Shown here: positions 27,381-37,251 of the stretch, piece after piece | How positions within the stretch are numbered: position 1 is the stretch's first letter | How the letters are laid out: every line of letters begins with the position of its first letter | Assembly: GCA_017526525.1 (NCBI GenBank) | Contig: JAFXRG010000053.1 | Location: 29,765-93,764, forward strand | DNA length: 64,000 bases | Direction: 5' to 3' | DNA from: Clostridia bacterium | GTDB taxonomy: Bacteria; Bacillota; Clostridia; Christensenellales; Aristaeellaceae | Notes under the pieces: model-generated | The model's input: the letters and a program-made list of their open reading frames with translations, nothing else | What the model was told of the DNA's origin: nothing | The model's database searches: none | Translations under genes and position numbers: made by a program

Positions 27381-28829
27381 ATGACAGTTCGTACCCGTTT
27401 TGCCCCCAGCCCCACCGGCTTTATGCATCTGGGCGGCGTGCGCACCGCGCTTTACGCCTATCTCTTTGCCCGGCAGAATCACGGCCAGTTCATCCTGCGC
27501 ATCGAGGATACCGACCAGGAGCGCTTTGTGGAAGGCGCCACCGAGGTGATTTACGATACCCTCCGCGCCTGCGGCCTTGACTGGGACGAAGGCCCCGATG
27601 TGGGCGGCCCCGTCGGTCCCTATATCCAGAGCCAGCGCAAGGACACCTACCTGCCCTATGCAAAGCAGCTGGTGGAATCCGGCCACGCCTATTACTGCTT
27701 CTGCTCCAAGGAGGAGCTGGACGGGCGCCGCGCCGCGGTGGAAGCCGCCGGCGGAACCTGGAAGTATGACAAGCACTGCCTTTCCCTTTCAAAGGAAGAG
27801 GTGCAGCAGAAGCTGGATGCCGGCATTCCCTGGACCATCCGCATGAACGCCCCCACGGAAGGCGAAACCAGCTATACCGATACGGTATTCGGGGAAATGA
27901 CCTTCAAAAACGCCGAATCCATGGACGATATGGTTCTCATCAAGCAGGACGGCATGCCCACCTACAACTTCGCCAATGTCATTGACGACCACCTGATGGG
28001 CATCACCCACGTGATGCGCGGCATGGAATACCTGTCCTCCACGCCTCGCTACAACTACCTGTACACCGCCCTGGGCTGGGAAATCCCCACCTATATCCAC
28101 CTGCCCACCGTCATGCGGGACGCCACCCACAAGCTTTCCAAGCGGGACGGTGACGCCTATTATTCCGATTATATCGAAAAGGGCTTCCTTACCGAGGCGC
28201 TGGTCAATTACCTGGCGCTGGTGGGCTGGAATCCCGGCAACGACCGGGAATTCTTCACCCTGCCTGAGCTGGTGGAAGCCTTCGATATCCACCGCATCAA
28301 CAAATCCCCCGGCATCTTCGACCCGGCCAAGCTGGAGTGGATGAACAGCCAGTACGTGGCAAAGATGGATTTCGAAAAATACCTGGCCATGGCCACCCCC
28401 TGGTTTGACAAAGTGCTGGCCGGCAAAAACATGGATTACCGCCGCCTGGCGGAGCTCATGCAGAGCCGCACGGAGATTTTCAGCCGCATTCCGGAAAAAA
28501 TCGCTTTCCTGGCGGAAATGCCGGAATACGACACGGCCATCTTCTTCAATAAAAAGCAGAAGAGCGACGAAACCGTGGCCCGGGAAGTGCTTCCCATGCT
28601 GCGGCCGGTGCTGGAAGGCATTGCGGACTGGACCGAGCAGGCCATTCACGACGCCGTCATGGAAAAAATCCAGGAGTGGGGCCGCAAAACCGGTTCCGTA
28701 CTCTGGCCCATGCGCATCGCCATCTCCGGCCAGGAATCCACCCCCGGCGGCGCCTTTGAAATCGCATACCTCCTGGGCAGGGAGGAAACCCTGCGCCGGC
28801 TGGATGCCTCCCTGGCCCGCCTGGCCTGA
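27381..28829 (+). CDS. gltX: Glutamate--tRNA ligase
   Basis: RFAPSPTGFMHLGG, RIEDTD, PTYNFA.VIDD, KLSKRDG. Confidence 0.97.
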   Translation: MTVRTRFAPSPTGFMHLGGVRTALYAYLFARQNHGQFILRIEDTDQERFVEGATEVIYDTLRACGLDWDEGPDVGGPVGPYIQSQRKDTYLPYAKQLVESGHAYYCFCSKEELDGRRAAVEAAGGTWKYDKHCLSLSKEEVQQKLDAGIPWTIRMNAPTEGETSYTDTVFGEMTFKNAESMDDMVLIKQDGMPTYNFANVIDDHLMGITHVMRGMEYLSSTPRYNYLYTALGWEIPTYIHLPTVMRDATHKLSKRDGDAYYSDYIEKGFLTEALVNYLALVGWNPGNDREFFTLPELVEAFDIHRINKSPGIFDPAKLEWMNSQYVAKMDFEKYLAMATPWFDKVLAGKNMDYRRLAELMQSRTEIFSRIPEKIAFLAEMPEYDTAIFFNKKQKSDETVAREVLPMLRPVLEGIADWTEQAIHDAVMEKIQEWGRKTGSVLWPMRIAISGQESTPGGAFEIAYLLGREETLRRLDASLARLA

Positions 28830-28887
28830 TCTTCCCGCCCTTTCCGCCCCGCTTCCCTGCGGGGCGTTTTTTTTCTGAAATTTCCGC

Positions 28888-28916
28888 TTGACACGGGTAT
28901 ACCCCTCTGATATAAT
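28888..28916 (+). promoter_or_regulatory. Consensus sigma70 promoter for the tRNA pair
   Basis: TTGACA-17-TATAAT. Confidence 0.9.
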
Positions 28917-28939
28917 ATCCCTTGCGGTTGAACCGCTGT

Positions 28940-29010
28940 TGGGGAATGGTGTAACGGCAGCACCTACGACTCTGACTCGTATTGTCTAGGTTCGAATCCT
29001 AGTTCCCCAG
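28940..29010 (+). tRNA. tRNA-Gln(CTG)
   Basis: Acceptor TGGGGAA/TTCCCCA, anticodon arm TACGA-CTCTGAC-TCGTA, GGTTCGAATCC T-arm; CCA not encoded. Confidence 0.95.
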
Positions 29011-29021
29011 CGTTTTTTTAT

Positions 29022-29094
29022 GGCTCCGTTGTCTAGAGGCCTAGGACGCGGCCCTCTCAAGGCTGAAACACGGGTTCGAATCCCGTCGGAGCTG
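29022..29094 (+). tRNA. tRNA-Glu(CTC)
   Basis: Acceptor GGCTCCG/CGGAGCT, anticodon arm CGGCC-CTCTCAA-GGCTG, GGTTCGAATCCC; CCA not encoded. Confidence 0.95.
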
Positions 29095-29097
29095 CTT

Positions 29098-29133
29098 AAA
29101 AGCCCTGCAATCTGAACGGTTGCAGGGCTTTTT
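29098..29133 (+). terminator. Intrinsic terminator after the tRNAs
   Basis: AAAAGCCCTGCAA...TTGCAGGGCTTTTT. Confidence 0.8.
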
Positions 29134-29285
29134 ATGTCGTAAAAAAACAGTTTGTCATTGTGCTATTTCCAGGTATTCCCGGCAAAACATTGCTACTTCC
29201 GGAATATTGACTGATCTGACGAAAAAACAGGATTATCTGACCGCAAGCGCCTGATTTCCAAAGCTCCGGACCCGTATTTGTTTAC

Positions 29286-29334
29286 ACAGTGTTCACACGG
29301 AAACGTTGAACACTGTTCCCCGATCATGTATAAT
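29286..29334 (+). promoter_or_regulatory. Promoter of the PPIase gene with an inverted repeat over -35
   Basis: TTGAAC-17-TATAAT; ACAGTGTTCA-N11-TGAACACTGT. Confidence 0.6.
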
Positions 29335-29386
29335 GGGTACAATCGGAGTCGCTTTTTCCGGCTCCATCTGAAACGGAGGAACACCC

Positions 29387-30796
29387 ATGATGAAGAAACT
29401 TTTCGCCCTGCTGCTGGCCCTGGCCATGCTGCTGTCCGTCTCCGCGGTTTTTGCTGAAACCCCCGTGGAGCTTACCAGCCCGGAACCCACGGCCACGCCG
29501 GTGCCCGATACGCTGCTGGCCACCCTGAACGGCCGCGAAATCCGCGAAAACGATGAAATGCTTCAGTATTACTACACCAACCTGATGAACCAGGTCACGG
29601 ATCCGGACGGGGAAACGGACCAGGCCATTGCCCGGATGCTGGCCATGCGTTACCTGATGCAGGCGCTGATCGTCAACTCCAAGGCTTCCGAAGTCTATAC
29701 GGAAACGGATTACGAAGCCTTCCGCGCCCAGGCGCAGCAGGAATGGAACGATGTGCTGAATTCCTTCATGGCGGACCTGGGCATCACCGAAACCTCCACG
29801 GAGGAGGAAAAGGCCGCCGCCCGGGCGGACACCCTCAGCTACCTGGAAACCGAAGTGGGCTACACCGAGGAAAAATACATTGAGGAATCCATTGACGCCA
29901 TCGTTTACAACTCCTACATCGAAAAAATGAAAGCGGATCTCTTTGCCGCCTATCCGGACCTGGCTGCAACGGAAGAGGAAATCCAGCAGCATTACAAGGA
30001 TCTCACCGCCGAGGAGCAGGAAATCGTCGGCAACGAGGTTCCCAGCTATGAGCTGTACAAGAATTACGGCTATTCCTTCCACTATATCCCGGAAGGCTAC
30101 CGCGGCATCATCCATATCCTCCTGAAGGTGGATGAGGACCTGCTGAAAAAGTACCAGGACCTGGCCAACCGGCTGGAAGAAAGCAAGAGTCCCGAAGAGC
30201 CCGTGGAAGCCACTGCCGCGCCGGAAGGTGAAACGCCCGCCGCCACCGAAGCTCCCGCCGTCACGGAAGAACCGGTCACCGAGGAAATGGTGGAAGCGGC
30301 CCGCCAGGAAATCCTGGACAGCCAGAAGGCCGTCATCGATGAAATCCTGGCCAAGTTCGCCGCCGGCACTCCCTTCGAAGACCTGGTGGCCGAATACGGC
30401 ACGGATCCCGGCATGCAGTCCCCGGACAACCTGAAAAACGGTTATCCCGTCCATGCCGAAAGCGTCATTTACGACCCCGTCTTCACCCAGGCCGCCGCTT
30501 CCCTCGGCAAGGTCGGGGATATCAGCGATCCCGTCGTTTCTTCCGTCGGTATCCATATCCTGTATTACCTGCGGGATCTTCCCGCCGGCCCGGAGGAACT
30601 GGACGAGCAAACCCGTGCCCAGCTGAAGGCCGAAATCGAAAACGAACGCGTCAACCTGGCCCTGAGCGAGCTGCTGGACCAGTGGCAGTCGGAAGCCGAC
30701 CTGGTCTGGACCGCGGAAGGCGAAGCCTGGCAGTATGACGCCGCCATGCTGGATGCCTACGTCGCCGCCATGCAGGGCGCGGACGAAGCCGAATAA
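29387..30796 (+). CDS. Secreted parvulin-type peptidylprolyl isomerase (PrsA/SurA-like)
   Basis: LATLNG, HIL, FEDLVAEYGTDPG, GDISDPVVSSVGIHIL; very acidic; Sec signal peptide. Confidence 0.8.
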   Translation: MMKKLFALLLALAMLLSVSAVFAETPVELTSPEPTATPVPDTLLATLNGREIRENDEMLQYYYTNLMNQVTDPDGETDQAIARMLAMRYLMQALIVNSKASEVYTETDYEAFRAQAQQEWNDVLNSFMADLGITETSTEEEKAAARADTLSYLETEVGYTEEKYIEESIDAIVYNSYIEKMKADLFAAYPDLAATEEEIQQHYKDLTAEEQEIVGNEVPSYELYKNYGYSFHYIPEGYRGIIHILLKVDEDLLKKYQDLANRLEESKSPEEPVEATAAPEGETPAATEAPAVTEEPVTEEMVEAARQEILDSQKAVIDEILAKFAAGTPFEDLVAEYGTDPGMQSPDNLKNGYPVHAESVIYDPVFTQAAASLGKVGDISDPVVSSVGIHILYYLRDLPAGPEELDEQTRAQLKAEIENERVNLALSELLDQWQSEADLVWTAEGEAWQYDAAMLDAYVAAMQGADEAE

Positions 30797-30812
30797 AGAA
30801 ACCGTCAAAAAC

Positions 30813-30850
30813 AGCCCGCTGGCTTCTGCCAGCGGGCTTGCTTGTTTTGG
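30813..30850. terminator. Terminator between convergent genes
   Basis: AGCCCGCTGGC-TTCT-GCCAGCGGGCT. Confidence 0.7.
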
Positions 30851-30867
30851 TTTCGGGTTTTCCCGGG

Positions 30868-32697
30868 TCAATAGGCTTCCTCGCCCCGGCTCCGGGCCTT
30901 GGCCCGCAGGGAGTGATCCAGCTGGCGCTTGCGCATCCGCAGATGCTCCGGCGTAATCTCCAGCAGCTCATCGTCGTCAATAAACTCCAGGCATTCCTCC
31001 AGCGTCAGGGGATGCACGGAAATCAGGCGCATGGCGTCTTCGGAGGCGGAGGCGTTGCGCATGTTGGTCACGTGCTTGGCCTTGCAGACGTTCACCACCA
31101 GGTCCCCGGGCCGGGCGTTCTGGCCGCAGATCATGCCCATGTACACGTTCTCGCCCGCGCCGATAAACAGGGTGCCCCGCTCCTGGCTGTAGAACAGGCC
31201 GTAGCTGGTGGCCACCCCGGTCTCAAAGCAGATCAGGGCGCCGCAATTCCGGTGGGGAATATCCCCCTTCACCGGTTCGTACCGTTCAAACACGGAGGAC
31301 ATAATGCCCTCGCCCCGGGTGTCCGTCATAAACTCGCTCCGGTACCCGAACAGGCCCCGGGAGGGAACCAGGAACTCCAGCCGCACCCGGTCGCTGCCGC
31401 TCATGTGCTCCAGGGTGCCGCGCCTGCGGCCGATCTTTTCAATCACGGCGCCGGCCGAAGCCTGCGGCGTATCCACAATCAGCCGTTCCACCGGCTCACA
31501 CTTTACCCCGTCAATCTCCTTGTAGATCACCCGGGGCTTGCTGACGGCAAACTCGTATCCCTGCCGCCGCATGTTCTCAATCAGGATGGACAGGTGCAGC
31601 TCCCCGCGCCCGCACACCTCAAAGGAGTCGGTGCTCTGGGTATCGTTGACCCGCAGGGAAACGTCCGTCTGCAGCTCCCGCATCAGCCGGGCCCGCAGGT
31701 GGCGGCTGGTGACGTACTGGCCTTCCCGGCCCGCAAAGGGGCTGTCGTTGACGGAGAAGGTCATGGTCACCGTCGGCTCGGAAATCTTCACAAAGGGCAG
31801 TCCTTCCACCCGGGAGGGATCGCACACCGTATCGCCGATGGAAATATCCTCCGCGCCGTACAGGGCCACGATATCGCCCATGCTGACCTCGGAGGCGTTT
31901 ACCCGCTTCAGTCCGTCGTACTGGAACAGCCCGCCCAGCCGCCATACAGGGCTGGTCACGCCCGTTTCCAGGTTGGTATGCACCACGTTCATGCCTTCCG
32001 TGAATTTCCCGCGGACAATGCGGCCCACGCCGATCCGGCCTACGTATTCGCTGTAGTCCACCGTGGAAATCAGCACCTGGGCCGGGCCTTCCGCGTCGCC
32101 TTCCGGCGCGGGAATATACTCCAGGATCGCGTCGAAGAGGGGCTGCAGATCCGTTCCGGGCTCCGCCAGGTCCAGCGTCGCCGTCCCCTTCCGGGCGGAA
32201 ACGTACAGAATCGGGTTTTCGATGGTGGTCTCGTCCGCCTCCAGGTCGATCAGCAGGTCCAGGATCTCGTTGACCACCTCGTCGCAGCGGGCGTCGGGCC
32301 GGTCCACCTTGTTGATGACGATCAGCACCTTCAGCTTCAGCTCCAGCGCCTTCTTCAGCACGAAGCGTGTCTGGGGCATGGGGCCTTCAAAGCTGTCCAC
32401 CAGCAACAGCACGCCGTCCACCATCTTCAGCACCCGTTCCACTTCGCCGCCGAAATCCGCATGCCCGGGCGTGTCCACAATGTTGATCTTGTGTCCCCGG
32501 TAGTGCACGGCGGTGTTCTTGCTGAGAATGGTGATTCCCCGCTCCCGCTCCAGGTCGTTGGAGTCCATCACCCGGTCCACGGTCTGCTGGTTCTCGCGGT
32601 ATACGCCGCCCTGCTTCAGCATCTGGTCCACCAGGGTCGTCTTGCCGTGGTCCACGTGGGCGATAATTGCAATGTTCCTGATATCTTCCCGAATCAT
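30868..32697 (-). CDS. typA: Translational GTPase TypA/BipA
   Basis: RNIAIIAHVDHGKTT, DTPGHADFGGEVER, GRGELHL, C-terminal LEITP..R.RK. Confidence 0.97.
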   Translation of the reverse strand: MIREDIRNIAIIAHVDHGKTTLVDQMLKQGGVYRENQQTVDRVMDSNDLERERGITILSKNTAVHYRGHKINIVDTPGHADFGGEVERVLKMVDGVLLLVDSFEGPMPQTRFVLKKALELKLKVLIVINKVDRPDARCDEVVNEILDLLIDLEADETTIENPILYVSARKGTATLDLAEPGTDLQPLFDAILEYIPAPEGDAEGPAQVLISTVDYSEYVGRIGVGRIVRGKFTEGMNVVHTNLETGVTSPVWRLGGLFQYDGLKRVNASEVSMGDIVALYGAEDISIGDTVCDPSRVEGLPFVKISEPTVTMTFSVNDSPFAGREGQYVTSRHLRARLMRELQTDVSLRVNDTQSTDSFEVCGRGELHLSILIENMRRQGYEFAVSKPRVIYKEIDGVKCEPVERLIVDTPQASAGAVIEKIGRRRGTLEHMSGSDRVRLEFLVPSRGLFGYRSEFMTDTRGEGIMSSVFERYEPVKGDIPHRNCGALICFETGVATSYGLFYSQERGTLFIGAGENVYMGMICGQNARPGDLVVNVCKAKHVTNMRNASASEDAMRLISVHPLTLEECLEFIDDDELLEITPEHLRMRKRQLDHSLRAKARSRGEEAY

Positions 32698-32733
32698 CCT
32701 CGGTCCGTTCCTCCTTCGGTTTCCGCCGGCCGC

Positions 32734-34350
32734 TTACCGTTCGGCCGTTTCCTTCAGCTCCAGCCCCTCGTTGTTCTCGCAGGCCAGGCGAATACTCCAT
32801 TCGTTTTCAAAAAGCAGCACGTCCCGTCCGTGGCTGTCCCGGGCCCGGCCGGAGGTGGAAGTCAGCTTCAGGTCTTCCACAGGCCGGGGGGTTTTCACCA
32901 CCCACCGGACGTACCGGAAGGGCATGCCCTCCATGACGATTTCCGTCTGGTACTCCGTTCGCAGCCGGTGTTCCAGCACTTCAAACTGCAGCACGCCCAC
33001 CACGCCGACCATGAATTCCTCCCGGCCGGTTTCCGTGCGGATAAAGGTCTGGATGGCGCCTTCCTCCGCCAGCTGGCTGATGCCCTTCTGGAACTGCTTG
33101 CGCTTCATGCTGTCCATGGGCCGCACCCGGTTGAAAAACTCCGGCGCGAAAACGGGAATGTTGGCATAGTGCATTTTGGGCCCGTTGCTCAGCGTATCCC
33201 CCAGCCGGTAAATGCCGGGGTCAAACAGGCCGATGATATCCCCGGCCCAGGCTTCCTCCACCGCTTCCCGCTCGTCGGCCATGAACTGCTGGGGCTGCTT
33301 GAGGGCCACCGGCTTGTTGGTGCCGCTGTGCCACACCTCCATGCCCTTTTCAAAGGCGCCGCTCACAATCCGCATAAAGGCCAGCCGGTCCCGGTGCGCC
33401 GGGTTCATGTTGGCCTGGATCTTGAAGATAAACCCGGAGAAATAGGGCTCCTCCGGCGTCACCATGCCCAGGTCGCTTTCCCGGGGCAAGGGCGGCGGCG
33501 TAAAGCTCAGGAACCGGTCCAGGAAGGGTTCCACGCCGAAGTTCGTCACCGCGGATCCGAAAAACATCGGGGTCAGCTCGCCCCGGCGGACTTTTTCCAG
33601 GTCAAAGGCGTCCCCCGCCTCGTCCAGCAGCTCAATTTCCTCCTGCAGCCGTTCCCGGTAATGCTTTTCCAGCACCTTTTCCAGGGCCGGGTCGTCAATG
33701 CCGATATCCGTCTTCTCCACCATGGTCTTGCCGTGGTCCCCGCCGGTGTAAAGCTCCACCGTCCGGGTGTCCCGGTGGTAAACCCCCTGGAAATCCCCGT
33801 CCACGCCGATGGGCCAGTTGATGGGGCAGGACCGGATGCCCAGCACCTGCTCCAGCTCTTCCATCAGGGAAAAGGGATCCTTGGCCGCCCGGTCCATCTT
33901 GTTCACAAAGGTGAAAATCGGAATGTTCCGCATCCGGCAGACCTTGAACAGCTTGATGGTCTGCGCTTCCACGCCCTTGGCCGCGTCCAGCAGCATCACC
34001 GCCGCGTCCGCCGCCACCAGCACCCTGTAGGTATCCTCGGAGAAGTCCTGGTGGCCCGGGGTATCCAGGATGTTGATCCGGTATCCGTCGTAAATGAACT
34101 GCATGGCGCTGCTGGTCACGGAAATGCCGCGCTGCTTTTCAATCTCCATCCAGTCGGAGGTGGCGTGCTTGTCGGTTTTCCGGGCCTTGACGCTGCCCGC
34201 GCTCCGGATGGCTCCGCCGTACAGCAGCAGCTTTTCCGTCAGCGTGGTCTTGCCGGCGTCGGGGTGGGAAATAATGGCGAAGGTCCGCCGCTTCTCAACC
34301 TGTTCGTGCAGCAGGCTCCGGAACTCCGGTGTATCGTTGGCTGGCAGCAT
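32734..34350 (-). CDS. prfC: Peptide chain release factor 3
   Basis: RRTFAIISHPDAGKTT, SDWMEIEKQRGISV, DTPGHQDFSEDTYR, FKIQANM.P.HRDR. Confidence 0.97.
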   Translation of the reverse strand: MLPANDTPEFRSLLHEQVEKRRTFAIISHPDAGKTTLTEKLLLYGGAIRSAGSVKARKTDKHATSDWMEIEKQRGISVTSSAMQFIYDGYRINILDTPGHQDFSEDTYRVLVAADAAVMLLDAAKGVEAQTIKLFKVCRMRNIPIFTFVNKMDRAAKDPFSLMEELEQVLGIRSCPINWPIGVDGDFQGVYHRDTRTVELYTGGDHGKTMVEKTDIGIDDPALEKVLEKHYRERLQEEIELLDEAGDAFDLEKVRRGELTPMFFGSAVTNFGVEPFLDRFLSFTPPPLPRESDLGMVTPEEPYFSGFIFKIQANMNPAHRDRLAFMRIVSGAFEKGMEVWHSGTNKPVALKQPQQFMADEREAVEEAWAGDIIGLFDPGIYRLGDTLSNGPKMHYANIPVFAPEFFNRVRPMDSMKRKQFQKGISQLAEEGAIQTFIRTETGREEFMVGVVGVLQFEVLEHRLRTEYQTEIVMEGMPFRYVRWVVKTPRPVEDLKLTSTSGRARDSHGRDVLLFENEWSIRLACENNEGLELKETAER

Positions 34351-34580
34351 TTTTTTCCTCCGCCCTTCGTGGTTCATAGTTTTTGCCGCGTCCCCGCCTT
34401 CCGGCGGGAAACACAACGGTGTATTTTATATCGCGAACCCTTTTGTTGTCAAGGATTTTCGGCTGCTTTTGCCCCGTTTTCCGCCCCGGCGCCCCCGGGA
34501 AGATGAAAACGCCAAAAATCTTCCTCATCCCCGGATTTCGTGCTATACTGTTTTCACTGCAGAAAGCAAGGAGGTACACC

Positions 34581-35291
34581 ATGGCTGTATATCATCGGAT
34601 TCTTCTGAAACTGAGCGGTGAAGCCCTCAAGTCCGAAAAGGATCTTTTCGATTTTGACAAGGTCAACAACGCGGCCCGCATCATCCGCCGCATGCACGAC
34701 CTGGGAACGGAAATCGGCATCGTCATCGGCGCGGGCAATATCTGGCGCGGCCGCCAGGGCCCTTCCGCCAATATGGACGCCGTTACCGCGGACCAGATGG
34801 GCATGCTGGGAACGGTCATCAACTGCCTCTGCATGGCGGACGCCCTGCGCAAGGCCGGGCTGGACGCGGTGGTACAGAGCGCGGTGGATATGAACCGCTT
34901 TGCGGAGCCCTTCAACGCCATGGCCGCCCGCCGCCATCTTTCCGAAGGCCGGGTGGTGCTCTTTGCCTGCGGAACGGGCAATCCTTTCTTCTCCACGGAT
35001 TCCGGCGTGGCGCTCCGGGCGGTGGAAATGGAAGTGGACGCGGTGCTCATGGCCAAGAATATCGACGGGGTCTACACCGCCGATCCCCTGAAGGATCCTT
35101 CCGCCGTGCTCATCCGGGATATTACCTATACCGAAGCCCTCCGCCGGGGCCTGAAGGTCATGGACGCCGCCGCCTTCGCCCTCTGCGCAGAAAACAAGGT
35201 GCCCATGGTCCGGGTTTTCGGCCTGGATGATCCGGAAAACCTGATCCGCGTGCTGGAAGGCAGCGATATCGGCACCTTCGTCCATCCCTGA
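34581..35291 (+). CDS. pyrH: UMP kinase
   Basis: LLKLSGEAL, GNIWRG, ADQMGMLGT, GNPFFSTD, DGVY.ADP, LKVMD. Confidence 0.95.
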   Translation: MAVYHRILLKLSGEALKSEKDLFDFDKVNNAARIIRRMHDLGTEIGIVIGAGNIWRGRQGPSANMDAVTADQMGMLGTVINCLCMADALRKAGLDAVVQSAVDMNRFAEPFNAMAARRHLSEGRVVLFACGTGNPFFSTDSGVALRAVEMEVDAVLMAKNIDGVYTADPLKDPSAVLIRDITYTEALRRGLKVMDAAAFALCAENKVPMVRVFGLDDPENLIRVLEGSDIGTFVHP

Positions 35292-35319
35292 TCGGTTTGC
35301 TGAAAGGAGCCTTCTGCCC

Positions 35320-35847
35320 GTGCGTAAATGGCTGTCGTTATTCCTGGCCCTGGTGCTGCTCCTGGCCCCGTCCCTCGTTTCGGCGGGCGAGGAATATTAC
35401 CTGACCTCCTTTGATTATCCGGACCTGGACGGCAACGCCCTGGATCCCGCCCTCCTTGAACAGGCACAGCTGGTGCTGCTGAACGTCTGGGAGCCCTGGT
35501 GCGAATGGTGCCTGGCGGAAATGCCGGACCTGAACGAGCTTTATGAGCTGAACCGGGAAAACGGCCTGCTGGTGGTGGGCATCAGCGGTCTCGGTTACCA
35601 GCCGAAATACAACACAAAGGAAACCGCCGCCTCCCTGAACATCACCTACCCCCTGGCGGCGGCCACCATCAGCAGCTTTCCCTTTGAGGTGAACGGGTTT
35701 CCCATGACCTTTGTCTACCAGCGGCAGGAAAACGGCGGCCTCCTGTTGCTGGGCTGCATCGAAGGCTACCTGCCCCGGGACAGGTGGAATCAGTTCCTGA
35801 AATCATATCTTCCCGGCGCCGTTACCGCCGCGTCCTCCGGCACCTGA
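35320..35847 (+). CDS. Secreted TlpA/ResA-like thioredoxin
   Basis: Signal peptide; LLNVWEPWCEWCLAEMP, GFPMT cis-Pro loop. Confidence 0.8.
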   Translation: MRKWLSLFLALVLLLAPSLVSAGEEYYLTSFDYPDLDGNALDPALLEQAQLVLLNVWEPWCEWCLAEMPDLNELYELNRENGLLVVGISGLGYQPKYNTKETAASLNITYPLAAATISSFPFEVNGFPMTFVYQRQENGGLLLLGCIEGYLPRDRWNQFLKSYLPGAVTAASSGT

Positions 35848-35873
35848 CTGCGGTGTCCTGAAAGCCGCGCGCA

Positions 35874-35912
35874 AAAAAACCCGAAACCGTAAGGAATCGG
35901 GTTTTTCATTTT
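35874..35912. terminator. Bidirectional terminator
   Basis: AAAAAACCCGA...TCGGGTTTTT between convergent genes. Confidence 0.6.
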
Positions 35913-35929
35913 ATTTATCGCCGTTGAAA

Positions 35930-37165
35930 TCAGGTATACAGCGGATAATGGGCCATCAGCTCTTCCACCTCGCTGCGCACCGCGGGCACGGCCACTTCGC
36001 CTTCCCGCAGCACCCGGGCAATCCAGCGGGCCACACGCTCCATTTCCGCTTCCTTCAGGCCCCGGGTGGTGGCCGCAGGGGTGCCCACCCGGATTCCGCT
36101 GGTCACGAAGGGGCTGCGGGTTTCGTTGGGAACCGTGTTCTTGTTCACGGTGATGTTGGCCTCTTCCAGCAGGCTTTCCATCATCTTGCCGGTCATTTCC
36201 GTCCCGGTGAAGTCCAGCAGCAGCAGGTGGTTGTCCGTTCCGCCGGAAACCATGCGCACGTCCTCTTCCCGGAAGGCTTTCTCCAGGGCTTTGGCGTTCA
36301 GCACAATCTGGTGCTGATAGGCTTTGAACTCATCCGTCAGCGCCTCGGCGAAGGAAACGGCCTTGGCGGCGATCACATGCTCCAGCGGTCCCCCCTGGGT
36401 GCCGGGGAAAATGGCCTTGTCAATGGCCTTGGCGTACTGCTCCCGGCAAAGGATCATGCCGCCCCGGGGTCCCCGCAGGGTCTTGTGGGTGGTGGTGGTC
36501 ACAAAGTCCGCGTAGGGCACGGGGCTGGGATGCTCTCCCGCCGCCACCAGGCCCGCGATGTGGGCCATGTCCACCATCAGCATCGCGCCTACCTCGTCGG
36601 CGATGTCCCGCAGGGTTTTGAAGTCGATGATCCGCGGATAGGCGCTGGCGCCGGCCACAATCAGCTTCGGTTTGCTGCTCTTTGCCAGCCTGCGGACCTC
36701 GTCATAGTCGATCATTTCCGTCTCGGAGGAAACGCCGTAGGGCACAAAGTTAAAGAAGGAACCGCTCAGGTTCACGGGGCTTCCGTGGGTCAGGTGGCCG
36801 CCGTGGCTCAGGCTCATGCCCATCACGGTGTCCCCGGGCTTCAGCATGGCAAAATAAACGGCGGTATTGGCCTGGGCGCCGCTGTGGGGCTGCACGTTGG
36901 CATGGTCCGCGCCGAAAAGCTCACAGGCCCGCTTCCGGGCCAGTTCCTCAACGATATCCACATATTCGCAGCCGCCGTAGTAGCGCTTTCCCGGATAACC
37001 CTCCGCGTATTTGTTGGTCAGGCAGGTGCCCATGGCCGCCATCACGGCCGGGGAAACAAAGTTCTCGCTGGCAATCAGTTCGATGTGTGTCCTCTGCCGG
37101 TTCAGTTCCAGCTCAATTGCTTCCGCCACCTGCGGGTCTGTTTTGCGGATTGTTTCCAGTTCCAT
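35930..37165 (-). CDS. glyA: Serine hydroxymethyltransferase
   Basis: [40 protein letters not shown]; extended -10 TGcTATACT near 37205-37213. Confidence 0.97.
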   Translation of the reverse strand: MELETIRKTDPQVAEAIELELNRQRTHIELIASENFVSPAVMAAMGTCLTNKYAEGYPGKRYYGGCEYVDIVEELARKRACELFGADHANVQPHSGAQANTAVYFAMLKPGDTVMGMSLSHGGHLTHGSPVNLSGSFFNFVPYGVSSETEMIDYDEVRRLAKSSKPKLIVAGASAYPRIIDFKTLRDIADEVGAMLMVDMAHIAGLVAAGEHPSPVPYADFVTTTTHKTLRGPRGGMILCREQYAKAIDKAIFPGTQGGPLEHVIAAKAVSFAEALTDEFKAYQHQIVLNAKALEKAFREEDVRMVSGGTDNHLLLLDFTGTEMTGKMMESLLEEANITVNKNTVPNETRSPFVTSGIRVGTPAATTRGLKEAEMERVARWIARVLREGEVAVPAVRSEVEELMAHYPLYT

Positions 37166-37251
37166 AACGCCAAATACCCCCATCACACTTGAAATTCATC
37201 ACAGAGTATAGCATACTTCTCTGTTTCTGTGAGGCCGGATACAAAAGAAAA

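Noticed and set aside
28940-29386. Genomic island integrated at the tRNAs
   Set aside because: No integrase and no duplicated tRNA 3' end seen in the window; downstream genes are housekeeping.
30838-34506. 1222-aa plus-strand ORF and other long antisense ORFs (8823-11366, 25443-27776, 51966-54470, 57176-59962, 4513-6744)
   Set aside because: Shadow frames opposite well-supported genes; expected from GC-rich codon bias; no recognisable motifs.
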